Of a stretch of 64,000 bases of DNA, positions 45,950 through 56,137 are shown piece after piece; within the stretch, counting starts at the first letter, position 1; every line of letters starts with the position of its first letter. The DNA comes from an uncultured virus (IMG/VR IMGVR_UViG_3300009183_000076) (Duplodnaviria; Heunggongvirae; Uroviricota; Caudoviricetes), in the IMG/VR virus record IMGVR_UViG_3300009183_000076; one strand, 5' to 3'. Under the pieces are notes generated by a model. It saw nothing but the letters and a program-made list of their open reading frames with translations. It had not been told where the DNA came from and did no database searches. The position numbers and the translations under genes are program-made.

Positions 45950-46968
45950 TAAAGGTTCCTGTAGATATCTAATAATAGATTAGGATTATACTGTCTTGTG
46001 TCAATATTGGTTAATTGGTTTACTACAATAGAGTCAACGCTTTCAAACATGATATTACCTTGGGTATCAAAGTTGATATCATCGTTGGTAATTTTTTGTG
46101 GGATGAGAGTAATCTCTCTCAGTTTGTATGTATTTACAAAAGTTTCTTTAATAAAGGTGGCTTCTTCGTAGCTGATGTCCACATCAAGATTGACCCGTAC
46201 ATGCATACCCGGATGCAACATAGTTTCAGTATGCTGCAATACGTCACTTAATTGATAAACACGATACCTAGGTTGGTCGGGCCAAGCATGATATTCTGGC
46301 TCCTTGCCCCATTCCATGGTCATCATGCCGCGTTCGTCGTCGCCGTTGTCGGCATAGTTGTGCGGAAAGCAATTGCCAATGTAAGTAATATTGTTTGCTG
46401 TTTGGCGTTTGTGAAAGTGACCAGTAAACACATGCTCAAAGCCCGCAAAGTCACCTCTGGCAATTTCACCGTGATCCGGCATCTGTACCATGGCATTCAT
46501 ATAGTAGCCGGGCAATTCAAAGTGCCCAAACATGTACTTGCCTTTTAGCTTTGGAATGCGCTTATGGTCATCGCCTACAAGCCATGGGGCCACAACAACA
46601 TCACCGTCGTGTAGCCAATCATTACAAATGACCACATTCGGTAAATGTTTAGCCCACTCAACACTTTGGACATCACGCTTGTCACGATAATATAAGTCAT
46701 GATTGCCAGGAATGAAAAACACACGATCGAAGTTGTCGTTGAGATGTTCCAAAGCACGGAGACTATAGTTAAGAGTGACAATATTGATACTAGCACGATT
46801 GTTATGCCAATCTCCAAGAAAAAACGCTGTTTCACATCCTTCCTCCTTTGCTTTAGCAGTAAACCATTTGATAAAGTTTAAACAATCGTCGTTGTGTGTT
46901 TGGCTGTTACTTTTTAGTCCAAAATGAATATCAGTGCAGACTGCCACTTTGCGAAATAAATTTGTCAT
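45949..46968 (-). CDS. gp47: recombination endonuclease nuclease subunit (gp47/SbcD/Mre11-like)
   Basis: TDIHFG, LGDW, GNHD, GHFE and GHFHKR metallophosphoesterase motifs. Confidence 0.95.
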   Translation of the reverse strand: MTNLFRKVAVCTDIHFGLKSNSQTHNDDCLNFIKWFTAKAKEEGCETAFFLGDWHNNRASINIVTLNYSLRALEHLNDNFDRVFFIPGNHDLYYRDKRDVQSVEWAKHLPNVVICNDWLHDGDVVVAPWLVGDDHKRIPKLKGKYMFGHFELPGYYMNAMVQMPDHGEIARGDFAGFEHVFTGHFHKRQTANNITYIGNCFPHNYADNGDDERGMMTMEWGKEPEYHAWPDQPRYRVYQLSDVLQHTETMLHPGMHVRVNLDVDISYEEATFIKETFVNTYKLREITLIPQKITNDDINFDTQGNIMFESVDSIVVNQLTNIDTRQYNPNLLLDIYRNL

Positions 46969-47006
46969 CTTACTAGTTTACACTATTGCTATCAACAAAG
47001 TCAAAT

Positions 47007-47888
47007 TCATTCGTCGGTAAAATCTCCAGATGGAGCAGCACCGCCCCACGAACTCATTCCTTGTCTAGTATAACTTGGAGTTAGTCCATTCATCTCTAGG
47101 ATATCGTCTCTAAGATTTTGATTACGCTTTTCAATATTGAGTACTCTAGTGAAGCTATTAGTGATAGCAGCAGTATAGTAAGCAAAAGGATTTTGAGATT
47201 TACTTTCATCAAATTGGAGCCCGATCTGTGATAATTGCAACAATGCCTGAGAGCGCATCTCATCATTATATGTGTAACCACGCCAGTTTGATCGGGTAGC
47301 ATAACGCTCGCATAGTTTCATGAACATATGAGCCAGCTTCTTGGTCATTGTTCCGTGATCCTTGCAGAACTCTCCGGATTCAATATCACCCTGCCAATGA
47401 CTTTTGCCTACACAGTAAGGCTTACCAGCTTCATCTATTTTATAATGGTGAAACGGAGGAAAGTTACATTTGGTGTATTTAGTAGGAGCAACAATCTCTA
47501 TACCATCGTCGTCGTATTCGGTAATTACTGGTTCATCATCTAGTATTACGCCCGCCTTTTTCTTTTTGGTAGTATCCATTGGTATATGATCCCATGTCAT
47601 TATTCTGAATACTACATCTGTATCAGCTAGTTTAGTATATTTGACTGAAAAATCATCTAATTTTAACTTTTCTGTTGTAGCTGCTTGTGCAAGATCATAT
47701 GCTGCTCTACCTAAACGTTCTGCCCTGAGCTTACGACCTTCTAGTGTATTTTTCTTGTTTATTTTGTCTACACTAGGCAAGATTATATCATAAAACCCAT
47801 CTTCTGGGGACAAGAAGCTACAATAAGTGGTTTTACTTTTATGTATTTCTTTAAGAATATCTCGGTTATTTAGATAGTTGTGTTTCAT
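47007..47888 (-). CDS. gp55: late-transcription sigma factor (gp55-like)
   Basis: HNYLNN, NWRGYTY..EM, FDE.KS.NPFAYYT....NSF.R....EK motifs; upstream of gp47 as in T4-like phages. Confidence 0.88.
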   Translation of the reverse strand: MKHNYLNNRDILKEIHKSKTTYCSFLSPEDGFYDIILPSVDKINKKNTLEGRKLRAERLGRAAYDLAQAATTEKLKLDDFSVKYTKLADTDVVFRIMTWDHIPMDTTKKKKAGVILDDEPVITEYDDDGIEIVAPTKYTKCNFPPFHHYKIDEAGKPYCVGKSHWQGDIESGEFCKDHGTMTKKLAHMFMKLCERYATRSNWRGYTYNDEMRSQALLQLSQIGLQFDESKSQNPFAYYTAAITNSFTRVLNIEKRNQNLRDDILEMNGLTPSYTRQGMSSWGGAAPSGDFTDE

Positions 47889-47951
47889 TTTAATCCTTTA
47901 AATATGTAGTTAATTTAGCAAATAAATAATAAAATAGCAAGAGGAATTTAT

Positions 47952-48956
47952 ATGCCAGTAGTAATGAGTGGTAACGATAAAATTGGGTATAGCCCAACAA
48001 ACATGCGTACCCGCACCGATGATGAAATTGCCGCAGACAATGCCCGGAACCCATTTAATGGTGCTCCTAGGTCCAGCGCCACTAGCAGTGGTACTGGAGA
48101 TCCTGCAGCAGCAAGACGGGCGTTAGCCGGACTTGGAGTAGGTGGCGACATGCTACCAAACTCACAGTCACTGGGTCTGCCGGGCAGTACTGATAACGTC
48201 AAGTTTGGTGATGCAGGTGGCGGGCAGAGTGGAGAAGATTGGCGTATTCGCGTAAGCATAAGTCCTAATGCAGGTATTTTATACAGGGCCGAAGGTGATG
48301 CTGGTATATTAAGTGTACTCAAAAACACAGATGGGGTTATCTTTCCTTATGTTCCTACTGTTACTGTGTCGCACTCTGCTAGATACAGCCCGCAAAGTTT
48401 AACGCACACAAACTATACAAACTATTTTTATGAAGCCAGTGAAGTACAATCATTGTCTGTCAGTGGCGAATTTACTGTGCAAAATAGTCATGAAGCACTT
48501 TACTTTCTTGCAGCAATTTACTTTTTTAGAGCAACAACTAAAATGTTCTATGGGCAAAGTGGTGCTTACCAAGGAGCCCCGCCACCAATGGTTTACCTTG
48601 ACGGATATGGCGCACATTATTTACCGCATGTTCCTTGTGTAGTAACAGGATTCACTCATACAATGCCAGCTGATGTTGACTACTTAGAAGTAACAGTTCA
48701 ACGACCAGGCGAAACTAAAACTACTAGTGCCACCACTCCCGGATCAGCTGATTCAGGCGGAGTAGGTATTAAGTTACCAGGTAGCAATAACTCAAACACC
48801 ATTACAACTACATCAGTTAATAAATTTACTACACGAGTGCCTACTACTAGTACAATTAGTTTAACACTACAACCAGTATACAGTAGAGCTAAACAACGAA
48901 CGTTTGACTACGGTGCATTTGCTCGTGGAGATCTTATATCTAAAGGAATACTATAA
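47952..48956 (+). CDS. baseplate / tail-tube initiator-like protein (gp48/gp54-like)
   Basis: FPY.P.V....A.Y, G.PPP...L.GYG.....VPCVV..F....P..VDY motifs; TAAATA box at 47923-47928. Confidence 0.6.
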   Translation: MPVVMSGNDKIGYSPTNMRTRTDDEIAADNARNPFNGAPRSSATSSGTGDPAAARRALAGLGVGGDMLPNSQSLGLPGSTDNVKFGDAGGGQSGEDWRIRVSISPNAGILYRAEGDAGILSVLKNTDGVIFPYVPTVTVSHSARYSPQSLTHTNYTNYFYEASEVQSLSVSGEFTVQNSHEALYFLAAIYFFRATTKMFYGQSGAYQGAPPPMVYLDGYGAHYLPHVPCVVTGFTHTMPADVDYLEVTVQRPGETKTTSATTPGSADSGGVGIKLPGSNNSNTITTTSVNKFTTRVPTTSTISLTLQPVYSRAKQRTFDYGAFARGDLISKGIL

Positions 48957-48957
48957 T

Positions 48958-49263
48958 ATGAGTAAAGTTGCATATTCCTCAACTAGTCCTTATTCTCAAA
49001 CTAGATCTTTTGGGAATTTTTTAGATGTAATGATCAATAGACCTATAACTACCAATGTTGATGATGTGCTATACTCTATAGACAAAGTATATGAATATCG
49101 TCCTGACATGTTAGCGTATGACCTATACGGCGAAAGTTCGCTATGGTGGGTATTTGCTCAAAGAAATCCCAATGTACTTAAAGATCCTTTGTTTGATTTT
49201 CGTGCAGGTGTTCAAATTTATATTCCTAAGAAAGCTACCTTGCAAGCAGACCTAGGAGTATAA
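48958..49263 (+). CDS. gp53: baseplate wedge protein (gp53/LysM-like)
   Basis: YRPD.LAYDLYG...LWWVF..RN....DP motif; likely start MSKVAY at 48958. Confidence 0.8.
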   Translation: MSKVAYSSTSPYSQTRSFGNFLDVMINRPITTNVDDVLYSIDKVYEYRPDMLAYDLYGESSLWWVFAQRNPNVLKDPLFDFRAGVQIYIPKKATLQADLGV

Positions 49264-49266
49264 CCG

Positions 49267-52200
49267 GTGGCAGACAATCCATTAAAGTATGATCCAGTAA
49301 AAGCAGCCAAGGCCAGTTCACTGATAAAACAGGGATTCACCGAGGATCAAGCCTTTGACAAAGCAGGCATCACTGAAGCTGAATACGGAACATACTCAAT
49401 CGATGATGTTCCGGGTAGCCCAACACGAGGCCAGGTTGTTAAAGGGCCTGGCGGCAACGACTACACGGACGAGCAAGCAGCACAAAATAAAGCCAACAGT
49501 GATGCAGCAAAGCAATCATGGGTTGACAAAGAAGTAGAAGCCGAAACCACTGGACCGGTAGAAACTAGAACAACATCATCGGTAGTAACTACCGGCGGCG
49601 CCGAGCGTGTTACAAAAATGACTCCAGAGATGGCAGACTGGAGCGATAAATCTAGAAGTGCCGAGTCTGCCGATGCTGCTGCTACACAATCAGCAAAAGA
49701 AGAATATCTTAGAACAAAAGGTCTTGATGGCGCATCGCCGACTGCACGAAGAGCGGCATTACGCGAAGCCGAAGCCAATGGTACTAACTTTGAAGTAACT
49801 TCAAATAAAGATGCATTGGGGGATCCCCCAAAGAATCAATATACAACAGAAACTATACAACCAAATGCTACTGGCGATCAAACTCCCAACGACGGAACAC
49901 AAACGGCTGATCAAGCTGCAAAAAGTTCAGCAGCCGGTCAATCAGCCGAAGACAAAGTAAAAAATGATTCACCACCTGGAACAACTGCAGAAAAACTCAG
50001 TGATGCAGAAGCAGCCAAGGCCGGCGGAGATAACAATGCAGCAGCAAGTACCAGTGGTGATTCAACTGCATCCACAGCAACTCCTGGTAAAGAGAATAAC
50101 TTAGCCGCAGGCAACAACACAGCATCAGTTGTTGCTGCACAACAGAACAGTATAACCGGAGCCAGTAGCAATTCGGCTACTAAAGCAGAACAAAATGCAA
50201 ATGCCAAACAAGAAGAGTTGTCAACAATCATATCTTCGTTGTATAAAAATAAACTGCATGAGTACACAGGATACACATATCGAGTAACATTGTTTCTGTT
50301 AACCAAAGAAGATTATCAAGCAATGACTGATAATCCCACAACATTTGAACCCAAGCATAGTTTAATAAGTGGAGGCGGTGGATACGCAACAGATTCTAAA
50401 GTAACTACAACTAGAACAGAAACTGGGTTTGGTGGATACCTAGACGATACTAAAACTACCAAAGGCAGACACCCTGATTTCCAAGAAGACTTTTTTATTG
50501 AGAATTTAAGTATACAAACTGTTGTGGGCCTTAATGCAAAAACAAAAGCCAGCAATGCAATTGATATAAGTTTTAGTATCATCGAACCATATGGAATGAC
50601 TCTACTAGATCGATTGCTTAGTGCATGTGAAGTAACAGCAAAATGTTCTAACTATATAGATCAACCTTATCTATTAGAAATAGATTTCCTATCTAACGTA
50701 GAAGAACAAAATCGCACAGATGCTTCCCGACCAAAAGGAATTTTGATTGACAGAAAACGAATAGCAACAAAATTCATTGAAATGAAAATCAAACCGGGAG
50801 GTGGTGGTACGGAATATCGAATCAAAGCCACACCGTACAATCACAGTGCATTTTCCCAATCGGCTGCTGCACTTCCTATTAATTTAGCGGTGGAAGCTTC
50901 CACTGTGGGGGATTTTTTTAATAGTGACAGCGAGGCAGAAAAAATATTTGGTAAAGGTGTAGCAGTCAATGCAGAACGCATTGAAGGGGAATTGGAAAAA
51001 TGGGTACAAGCCAATACCATTGTGTTTGCCAACATTAAACCCACCCCTGCACAAATACAGGCTAAAAAGAATGAAATAGAAACGTCATTGGGGTATACAA
51101 CCAATAGTTTACCTGCAGCCTACAACGAATACATGCGCAGCATTAGTACCAAAGGTAAACTTTTTACGTACCCTCAGACATTGATTTCTTTTAACATAGA
51201 TCCTTTATTTGTTAACTCTCCTATAGTAGATCCGGACAAGACAGAAGTATCGTCGCAGCCAATGATCAAGTCATTGGAAGGGATCAGTGTAACTATTCCA
51301 GGATATCAGAATCCCAATTTTAAAACAAAGCAAATATATAATATTCATGCAGGCACTGACATAGTTAACATAATTGATCGTATTATGCAATCTAGCAAAT
51401 ACATTAAAGATCAGGTCCTGAACGCAACAAGAATTCAAGAAATTAGTAATAATGCAAGAGGGTCTGATGCTACGCAAACTGACGAATACAAGTACCTAGA
51501 CTGGTATAAAATTGTGCCACAAGTAAAATTACTAAATTTTGATGAAAGTAGAAATGCTTATAGCAAACAGATTATCTATAATGTTGTGCCATTTAAAACA
51601 GCCAACTCCTATCATCCTGATTTTAAGAAAACAAAAGTTAGTAAAAATAAGATCGCCAGATCTTATCAGTACTTGTACACAGGAAAAAATGAAGACATTA
51701 TTAGTGTAGATATAGACTTTGACACAAGTTTCTACACCCAATTGACTACATTCCAAGAAAATAAACGTCGTTCAGGCAGCAATTACCTTTCCAATAGTCC
51801 ATTTTTAAATCCTGTACAAGCACGAGATGGAGCAGAGAACAACAGAACACAAGATATTCCTGTACAATATAATGCCATTGGGTCCGAACAGCAAGGATCC
51901 AACAGTTTTAATAGAGGAAAAGATCCCAACGATCAAGCTGTAGCATCTTTAGCCAAGAGTATCTACACTAACAGTCGCGGCGACATGCTAAACATTAAAT
52001 TAAAAATTGTAGGAGATCCGGGATTTATTAAACAAGACGATGTTTATTATAATCCATCCAGTTTGGACTATAAACAGTTTACCAAAGGATCAACCAGCGG
52101 TGGCGAAACAGTGGCTATAAATCAATCAACTGGACAAATATTGTTTGATCAGGAACAAATTTATGTACAATTTATAACTAAAAATGCAGTTGACATTGAC

Positions 52201-52917
52201 GATAACACTGGCATCACCAATAAACAGATTAAACTATCCAATGGTAGGACTACTAATAGTTCCTTTAGCGGAGTCTATAAAGTACTAACTGTTCGAAGCG
52301 AACTAGCCAGGGGAAAATTTGAACAAACGTTAGACTTAATTAAAATGCCAAACGACATTATGTTTGACGACCAGCCCAAGACTAGCGAATCTGTTTCAGT
52401 CACGAAACCAATTAATACAGTACAATCAAATCAAACCGTAGATAACGCACCTGCACCACCACCTGCACCACCTGCAGAAAGCCCAGCAACAGCACCGTCG
52501 GCTGCATTGAAAGAGGCCGGAAATTCACCAGCAGTAAATCCAGTGGTTATTGACCCCGGTGACGGTTCACCGGTTAGACTGGCGCAACCTTCAACTGCTG
52601 CACCATCAAATGTAAATGATTCTCAAATTGAGTCCCAGCAAACTTCATCTGATGACAGTGTTACTAAGTTTAAGGAAGATATAGTAAAAGCATACAATAA
52701 CCTTGTTGGCATTTTTAAAAATGTTAACACAGTAGAAGAATATAATAGATATATTCCTAGGGCCAATAGGGCATGGAATGCAATAACTGGTCAAATTGAA
52801 AAAATAGCCACCGATGCAGGTGATCCAACATTGAAAACAACACTGGATGAATTTGTACAACCGTACAGAGACAAACTAAACGCTCTTAACGCAACCAAAC
52901 GGGCAGAACTCAAATAA
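49267..52917 (+). CDS. large baseplate hub-like protein
   Basis: 1216 aa; N.LH.Y..YTY, F.I.EPYG..L, GDM....LKIVGDP and SGVY.V..V.S....G.F.Q.L hub-type motifs; low-complexity termini. Confidence 0.6.
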   Translation: MADNPLKYDPVKAAKASSLIKQGFTEDQAFDKAGITEAEYGTYSIDDVPGSPTRGQVVKGPGGNDYTDEQAAQNKANSDAAKQSWVDKEVEAETTGPVETRTTSSVVTTGGAERVTKMTPEMADWSDKSRSAESADAAATQSAKEEYLRTKGLDGASPTARRAALREAEANGTNFEVTSNKDALGDPPKNQYTTETIQPNATGDQTPNDGTQTADQAAKSSAAGQSAEDKVKNDSPPGTTAEKLSDAEAAKAGGDNNAAASTSGDSTASTATPGKENNLAAGNNTASVVAAQQNSITGASSNSATKAEQNANAKQEELSTIISSLYKNKLHEYTGYTYRVTLFLLTKEDYQAMTDNPTTFEPKHSLISGGGGYATDSKVTTTRTETGFGGYLDDTKTTKGRHPDFQEDFFIENLSIQTVVGLNAKTKASNAIDISFSIIEPYGMTLLDRLLSACEVTAKCSNYIDQPYLLEIDFLSNVEEQNRTDASRPKGILIDRKRIATKFIEMKIKPGGGGTEYRIKATPYNHSAFSQSAAALPINLAVEASTVGDFFNSDSEAEKIFGKGVAVNAERIEGELEKWVQANTIVFANIKPTPAQIQAKKNEIETSLGYTTNSLPAAYNEYMRSISTKGKLFTYPQTLISFNIDPLFVNSPIVDPDKTEVSSQPMIKSLEGISVTIPGYQNPNFKTKQIYNIHAGTDIVNIIDRIMQSSKYIKDQVLNATRIQEISNNARGSDATQTDEYKYLDWYKIVPQVKLLNFDESRNAYSKQIIYNVVPFKTANSYHPDFKKTKVSKNKIARSYQYLYTGKNEDIISVDIDFDTSFYTQLTTFQENKRRSGSNYLSNSPFLNPVQARDGAENNRTQDIPVQYNAIGSEQQGSNSFNRGKDPNDQAVASLAKSIYTNSRGDMLNIKLKIVGDPGFIKQDDVYYNPSSLDYKQFTKGSTSGGETVAINQSTGQILFDQEQIYVQFITKNAVDIDDNTGITNKQIKLSNGRTTNSSFSGVYKVLTVRSELARGKFEQTLDLIKMPNDIMFDDQPKTSESVSVTKPINTVQSNQTVDNAPAPPPAPPAESPATAPSAALKEAGNSPAVNPVVIDPGDGSPVRLAQPSTAAPSNVNDSQIESQQTSSDDSVTKFKEDIVKAYNNLVGIFKNVNTVEEYNRYIPRANRAWNAITGQIEKIATDAGDPTLKTTLDEFVQPYRDKLNALNATKRAELK

Positions 52918-52930
52918 GGTATAGTAAAAA

Positions 52931-54529
52931 ATGGCAATCGATAAACGTAGCGGAGGAGCAGCACCTAAATGGGCCAGTAGGGAAAGTACCCCGGGTGTTA
53001 AAATTGACTCTGGCCCGTTCGTGGGGGTTATTAAAAATAATGCTGACCCGTCAAGGCAGGGTAGATTACAAGTGTGGATACCAGATTTAGGCGGCGAAGA
53101 ATCAGTAGAAGCAAACTGGTATACGGTAAATTATGCAAGTCCTTTCTTTGGGAGTACACAAGGATCTCCGGGCAATACACAAGGATACGGCCAGCAAACA
53201 TATGGATTTTGGGCAGTTCCTCCGGACGTTAATAATCTTGTTCTAGTAACGTTTGTGATGGGAGATGCAAGTCGCGGATATTGGTTCGCCTGTATACCAA
53301 ATACGCCAACTCAATCAATGGTTCCTGGTATAAGCAGACCTTTCACCAACCGAACACAAGTTAGTAATTCATTTGGTACAAATAGGAACATACCTAGCCC
53401 TGATGTATATCTTCCTGCCAATGAAGTCAACCTTGAGAGTTCAGGTAGAGACAAAGATCCCAATTATCTCAATTTGTCTCGCTACATTCTAGATTATCAG
53501 GCTAATATTGTTTGTGAACAAGGATTAGAAACAGATCCTTTAAGAGGTACAATCACTAGTAGCAGTCAGAGAGAAAGCCCCAGTCAAGTGATAGGAATTT
53601 CAACTCCAGGTAGGACTACTACAGACACAGCAGATTTAGCTCCAGGCGCACTTGATGGTAAAATCAATCAAGGCAAAGACGGAATCACAATCAAAGAGCT
53701 ACAAAATTATCCATTCCGCAAAGGTGGTCATAGTTTTGTAATGGACGACGGTGACGTGTATGGTGACAGCAGATTAGTTAGATTACGCAGTTCAGGTGGG
53801 CATCAGATTCTAATGCACGACAGTTCAAACGTGATGTATATTTCAAATAGCTTGGGTACCTCATGGATCGAACTTACTCCAGCAGGCCACATTAACATTT
53901 ACAGCGGTGATAGTGTCAACATAAGGTCTGAGTTTGATCTAAACTTTCACGCCGACGGTAATGTTAATATACACGCAGGTGACACACTTAAAATGTATGC
54001 AGGATCAACTATTCATTCGCAAACAAAAATACAATTAACTAAAGCCGACGATTATTATAATATCAACGCAGGTGTAGTAGGTATTAAATCAGGTGGTAAG
54101 ATGGATTTACAGTCTATATCAGGCAGCTGGCAAACATCAAATTTGACTAATTTTAATTTTGGTAGTTTTCAAATGCGTACAGTCAATGAGTGCGTAATTA
54201 GTTCTGCTACTAATGCAAGTACTGGTACTGTCAGTGGATGGAAGTCCACTGGAGAATTATGGCTTAAAGGAGACAAGGTTTATCTGAATACATCAGGTAA
54301 AGTACCAATCACTCCAAGTACTCCTGAACCTCCGGATATTAATCCTAATATGTTATTGTACAAACAGCAAGGCGTAAATTTTAACGAAACTACCAAGCGT
54401 TGGGCACAGGAAGCAGGCAAATTTGAAAGTATTGCTCCTTATGCACCAACACATGAGCCATGGACTAGACAGTCAGGTGCGTTAAAAAATGCCGATGGTA
54501 CAGTAAACGCACAAAAAGCACAGGGATAA
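52931..54529 (+). CDS. gp5: baseplate central spike protein (gp5/VgrG OB-fold-like)
   Basis: GV...N.DP.RQGRLQVWIP, YGFWAVPPD, GH.FVMDDG, R..GGHQI...D, WIEL...G.I; no T4-lysozyme domain seen. Confidence 0.8.
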   Translation: MAIDKRSGGAAPKWASRESTPGVKIDSGPFVGVIKNNADPSRQGRLQVWIPDLGGEESVEANWYTVNYASPFFGSTQGSPGNTQGYGQQTYGFWAVPPDVNNLVLVTFVMGDASRGYWFACIPNTPTQSMVPGISRPFTNRTQVSNSFGTNRNIPSPDVYLPANEVNLESSGRDKDPNYLNLSRYILDYQANIVCEQGLETDPLRGTITSSSQRESPSQVIGISTPGRTTTDTADLAPGALDGKINQGKDGITIKELQNYPFRKGGHSFVMDDGDVYGDSRLVRLRSSGGHQILMHDSSNVMYISNSLGTSWIELTPAGHINIYSGDSVNIRSEFDLNFHADGNVNIHAGDTLKMYAGSTIHSQTKIQLTKADDYYNINAGVVGIKSGGKMDLQSISGSWQTSNLTNFNFGSFQMRTVNECVISSATNASTGTVSGWKSTGELWLKGDKVYLNTSGKVPITPSTPEPPDINPNMLLYKQQGVNFNETTKRWAQEAGKFESIAPYAPTHEPWTRQSGALKNADGTVNAQKAQG

Positions 54530-54532
54530 TAA

Positions 54533-55696
54533 ATGCCAATTAATGTAACAGAACTTGTTCAAAAAGCGACTGATATTGGTAAATCAGTTACTGGTATTTT
54601 GCCTGGAGTGACTACCGCTAATACCACTGCCGCTAACACTACCTCCAACACCACTACTACCGCTAACAGTACAACATCTAAAGTAACCAGTGGAATTGAA
54701 AAAGCACAAAATCAACCATTTACTGCAGGAGCGTCTCGCGATATTTTATCAACTACTGATGCACCATCTGGAGTACCAACTCCCAAGATTAATGCAAAAA
54801 TCCCGCAGTTGTTACAGAATGATGTACGTGCTCTTATGCTACAAATTGCACACATGGAAACACAAAATGATCAGACTTTTGTAAGTTCAGGGAAAGTGGG
54901 AAGATATGCTGTACATAAAAAAACGTTAATTAATTACGGCTACCTTGACAAGGGTGGAGCAACGTATACAGGAAAAGATGGCATTAAGACTGAAATTGAT
55001 TTTATATACGATACAAATGTGCAAGATAGAATAATGGAACGATATATTCTTGATCAATACAAAGCACTTATTAAGGTTAATGCAATTAAAGAAAATGATA
55101 AAAAAGAAGTTGTATCCGGAATGGTAGCTGTAGCGTATAAATTTCAAGACGCAACTCCAGGGGCATCAAGTGCCAAGGATGCGCTTGGGTTATTGACCGG
55201 CGGTGAAACCAGTTCTTTAGTTACATCATCATTGGGATTAGCAACATCATTATCGGAGAATCTAAACCCGTTAAGTGGGGCATCAGCAAGTTCAATACAG
55301 AGCTCATTTGAAAACAGTGGCTTAACATCTGCAGCACAAAGTATTGTTAGCGCAAATCCAGTTGGTAGTCTTGATCCTAGCAAGATACAAGGTAGTGCAG
55401 TGGCAACTAAAGCTCAGACATTAACGACTACTGCCGCAACAGCAGTCGAATCTGTTAAAAAGACATTAGTTCCCGAAGCAAACAACTTACAAGCTCAAGC
55501 TAAAAAAATAGCGGCACAAGCCGATATAAACAAATTAAAATCCTCGGCCAGCGATTTTGCCACTTCCATTCCTGCAAATGCAGCAAAAGATTGGAGAAAC
55601 AACGGAACAGGCAGTGCAGAAACATACTTTAACGCTGGGAAATATGCTATTGTTTCCTTGGGAGCCGATGTAAAAGTTAATCCAGAAGACTACTAA
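54533..55696 (+). CDS. tail-associated protein with possible lysozyme-like domain
   Basis: IAHMET...GKVGRY...L..YGY...QD..M segment resembles transglycosylase folds; lies between gp5- and gp25-like genes. Confidence 0.45.
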   Translation: MPINVTELVQKATDIGKSVTGILPGVTTANTTAANTTSNTTTTANSTTSKVTSGIEKAQNQPFTAGASRDILSTTDAPSGVPTPKINAKIPQLLQNDVRALMLQIAHMETQNDQTFVSSGKVGRYAVHKKTLINYGYLDKGGATYTGKDGIKTEIDFIYDTNVQDRIMERYILDQYKALIKVNAIKENDKKEVVSGMVAVAYKFQDATPGASSAKDALGLLTGGETSSLVTSSLGLATSLSENLNPLSGASASSIQSSFENSGLTSAAQSIVSANPVGSLDPSKIQGSAVATKAQTLTTTAATAVESVKKTLVPEANNLQAQAKKIAAQADINKLKSSASDFATSIPANAAKDWRNNGTGSAETYFNAGKYAIVSLGADVKVNPEDY

Positions 55697-55713
55697 AATG
55701 GGTAAATAATACT

Positions 55714-56091
55714 ATGACTACAAAATACAAAGGATTTAGCACAATTGATCAAACTAAAAAGTATAGATTGACAGATCTAGACTTAGTGAAGCGCGATCTT
55801 TTAAATCATTTTAGTATTCGTAAAGGCGAAAAATTAATGAACCCAAACTTTGGAAGTATAATTTGGAACATGCTGTTTGAGCCATTGACTGCTGATGTTA
55901 AATCTACCATAGTGGATGATGTTAAACGAATAATCAATTACGATCCACGCCTTAGTGTAGATAATGTCATAATAGATGAGCTTGATTATGGTCTACAAAT
56001 ACAAATTGATTTAACTTATTTGCCCGGGAATTACGTTAACAGCTTACGACTAGAATTCAATAACCAATCTAATTCATTGAATGTTTCATAA
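55714..56091 (+). CDS. gp25: baseplate wedge subunit (gp25-like)
   Basis: DL.NHF..RKGEKLMNP.FGS.IW..LFEP....I..YDPR motif; TAAATA box at 55703-55708. Confidence 0.9.
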   Translation: MTTKYKGFSTIDQTKKYRLTDLDLVKRDLLNHFSIRKGEKLMNPNFGSIIWNMLFEPLTADVKSTIVDDVKRIINYDPRLSVDNVIIDELDYGLQIQIDLTYLPGNYVNSLRLEFNNQSNSLNVS

Positions 56092-56137
56092 TAGTACCTG
56101 TTTTTAATACAGATAAATATTAAACAACAGGTATATT

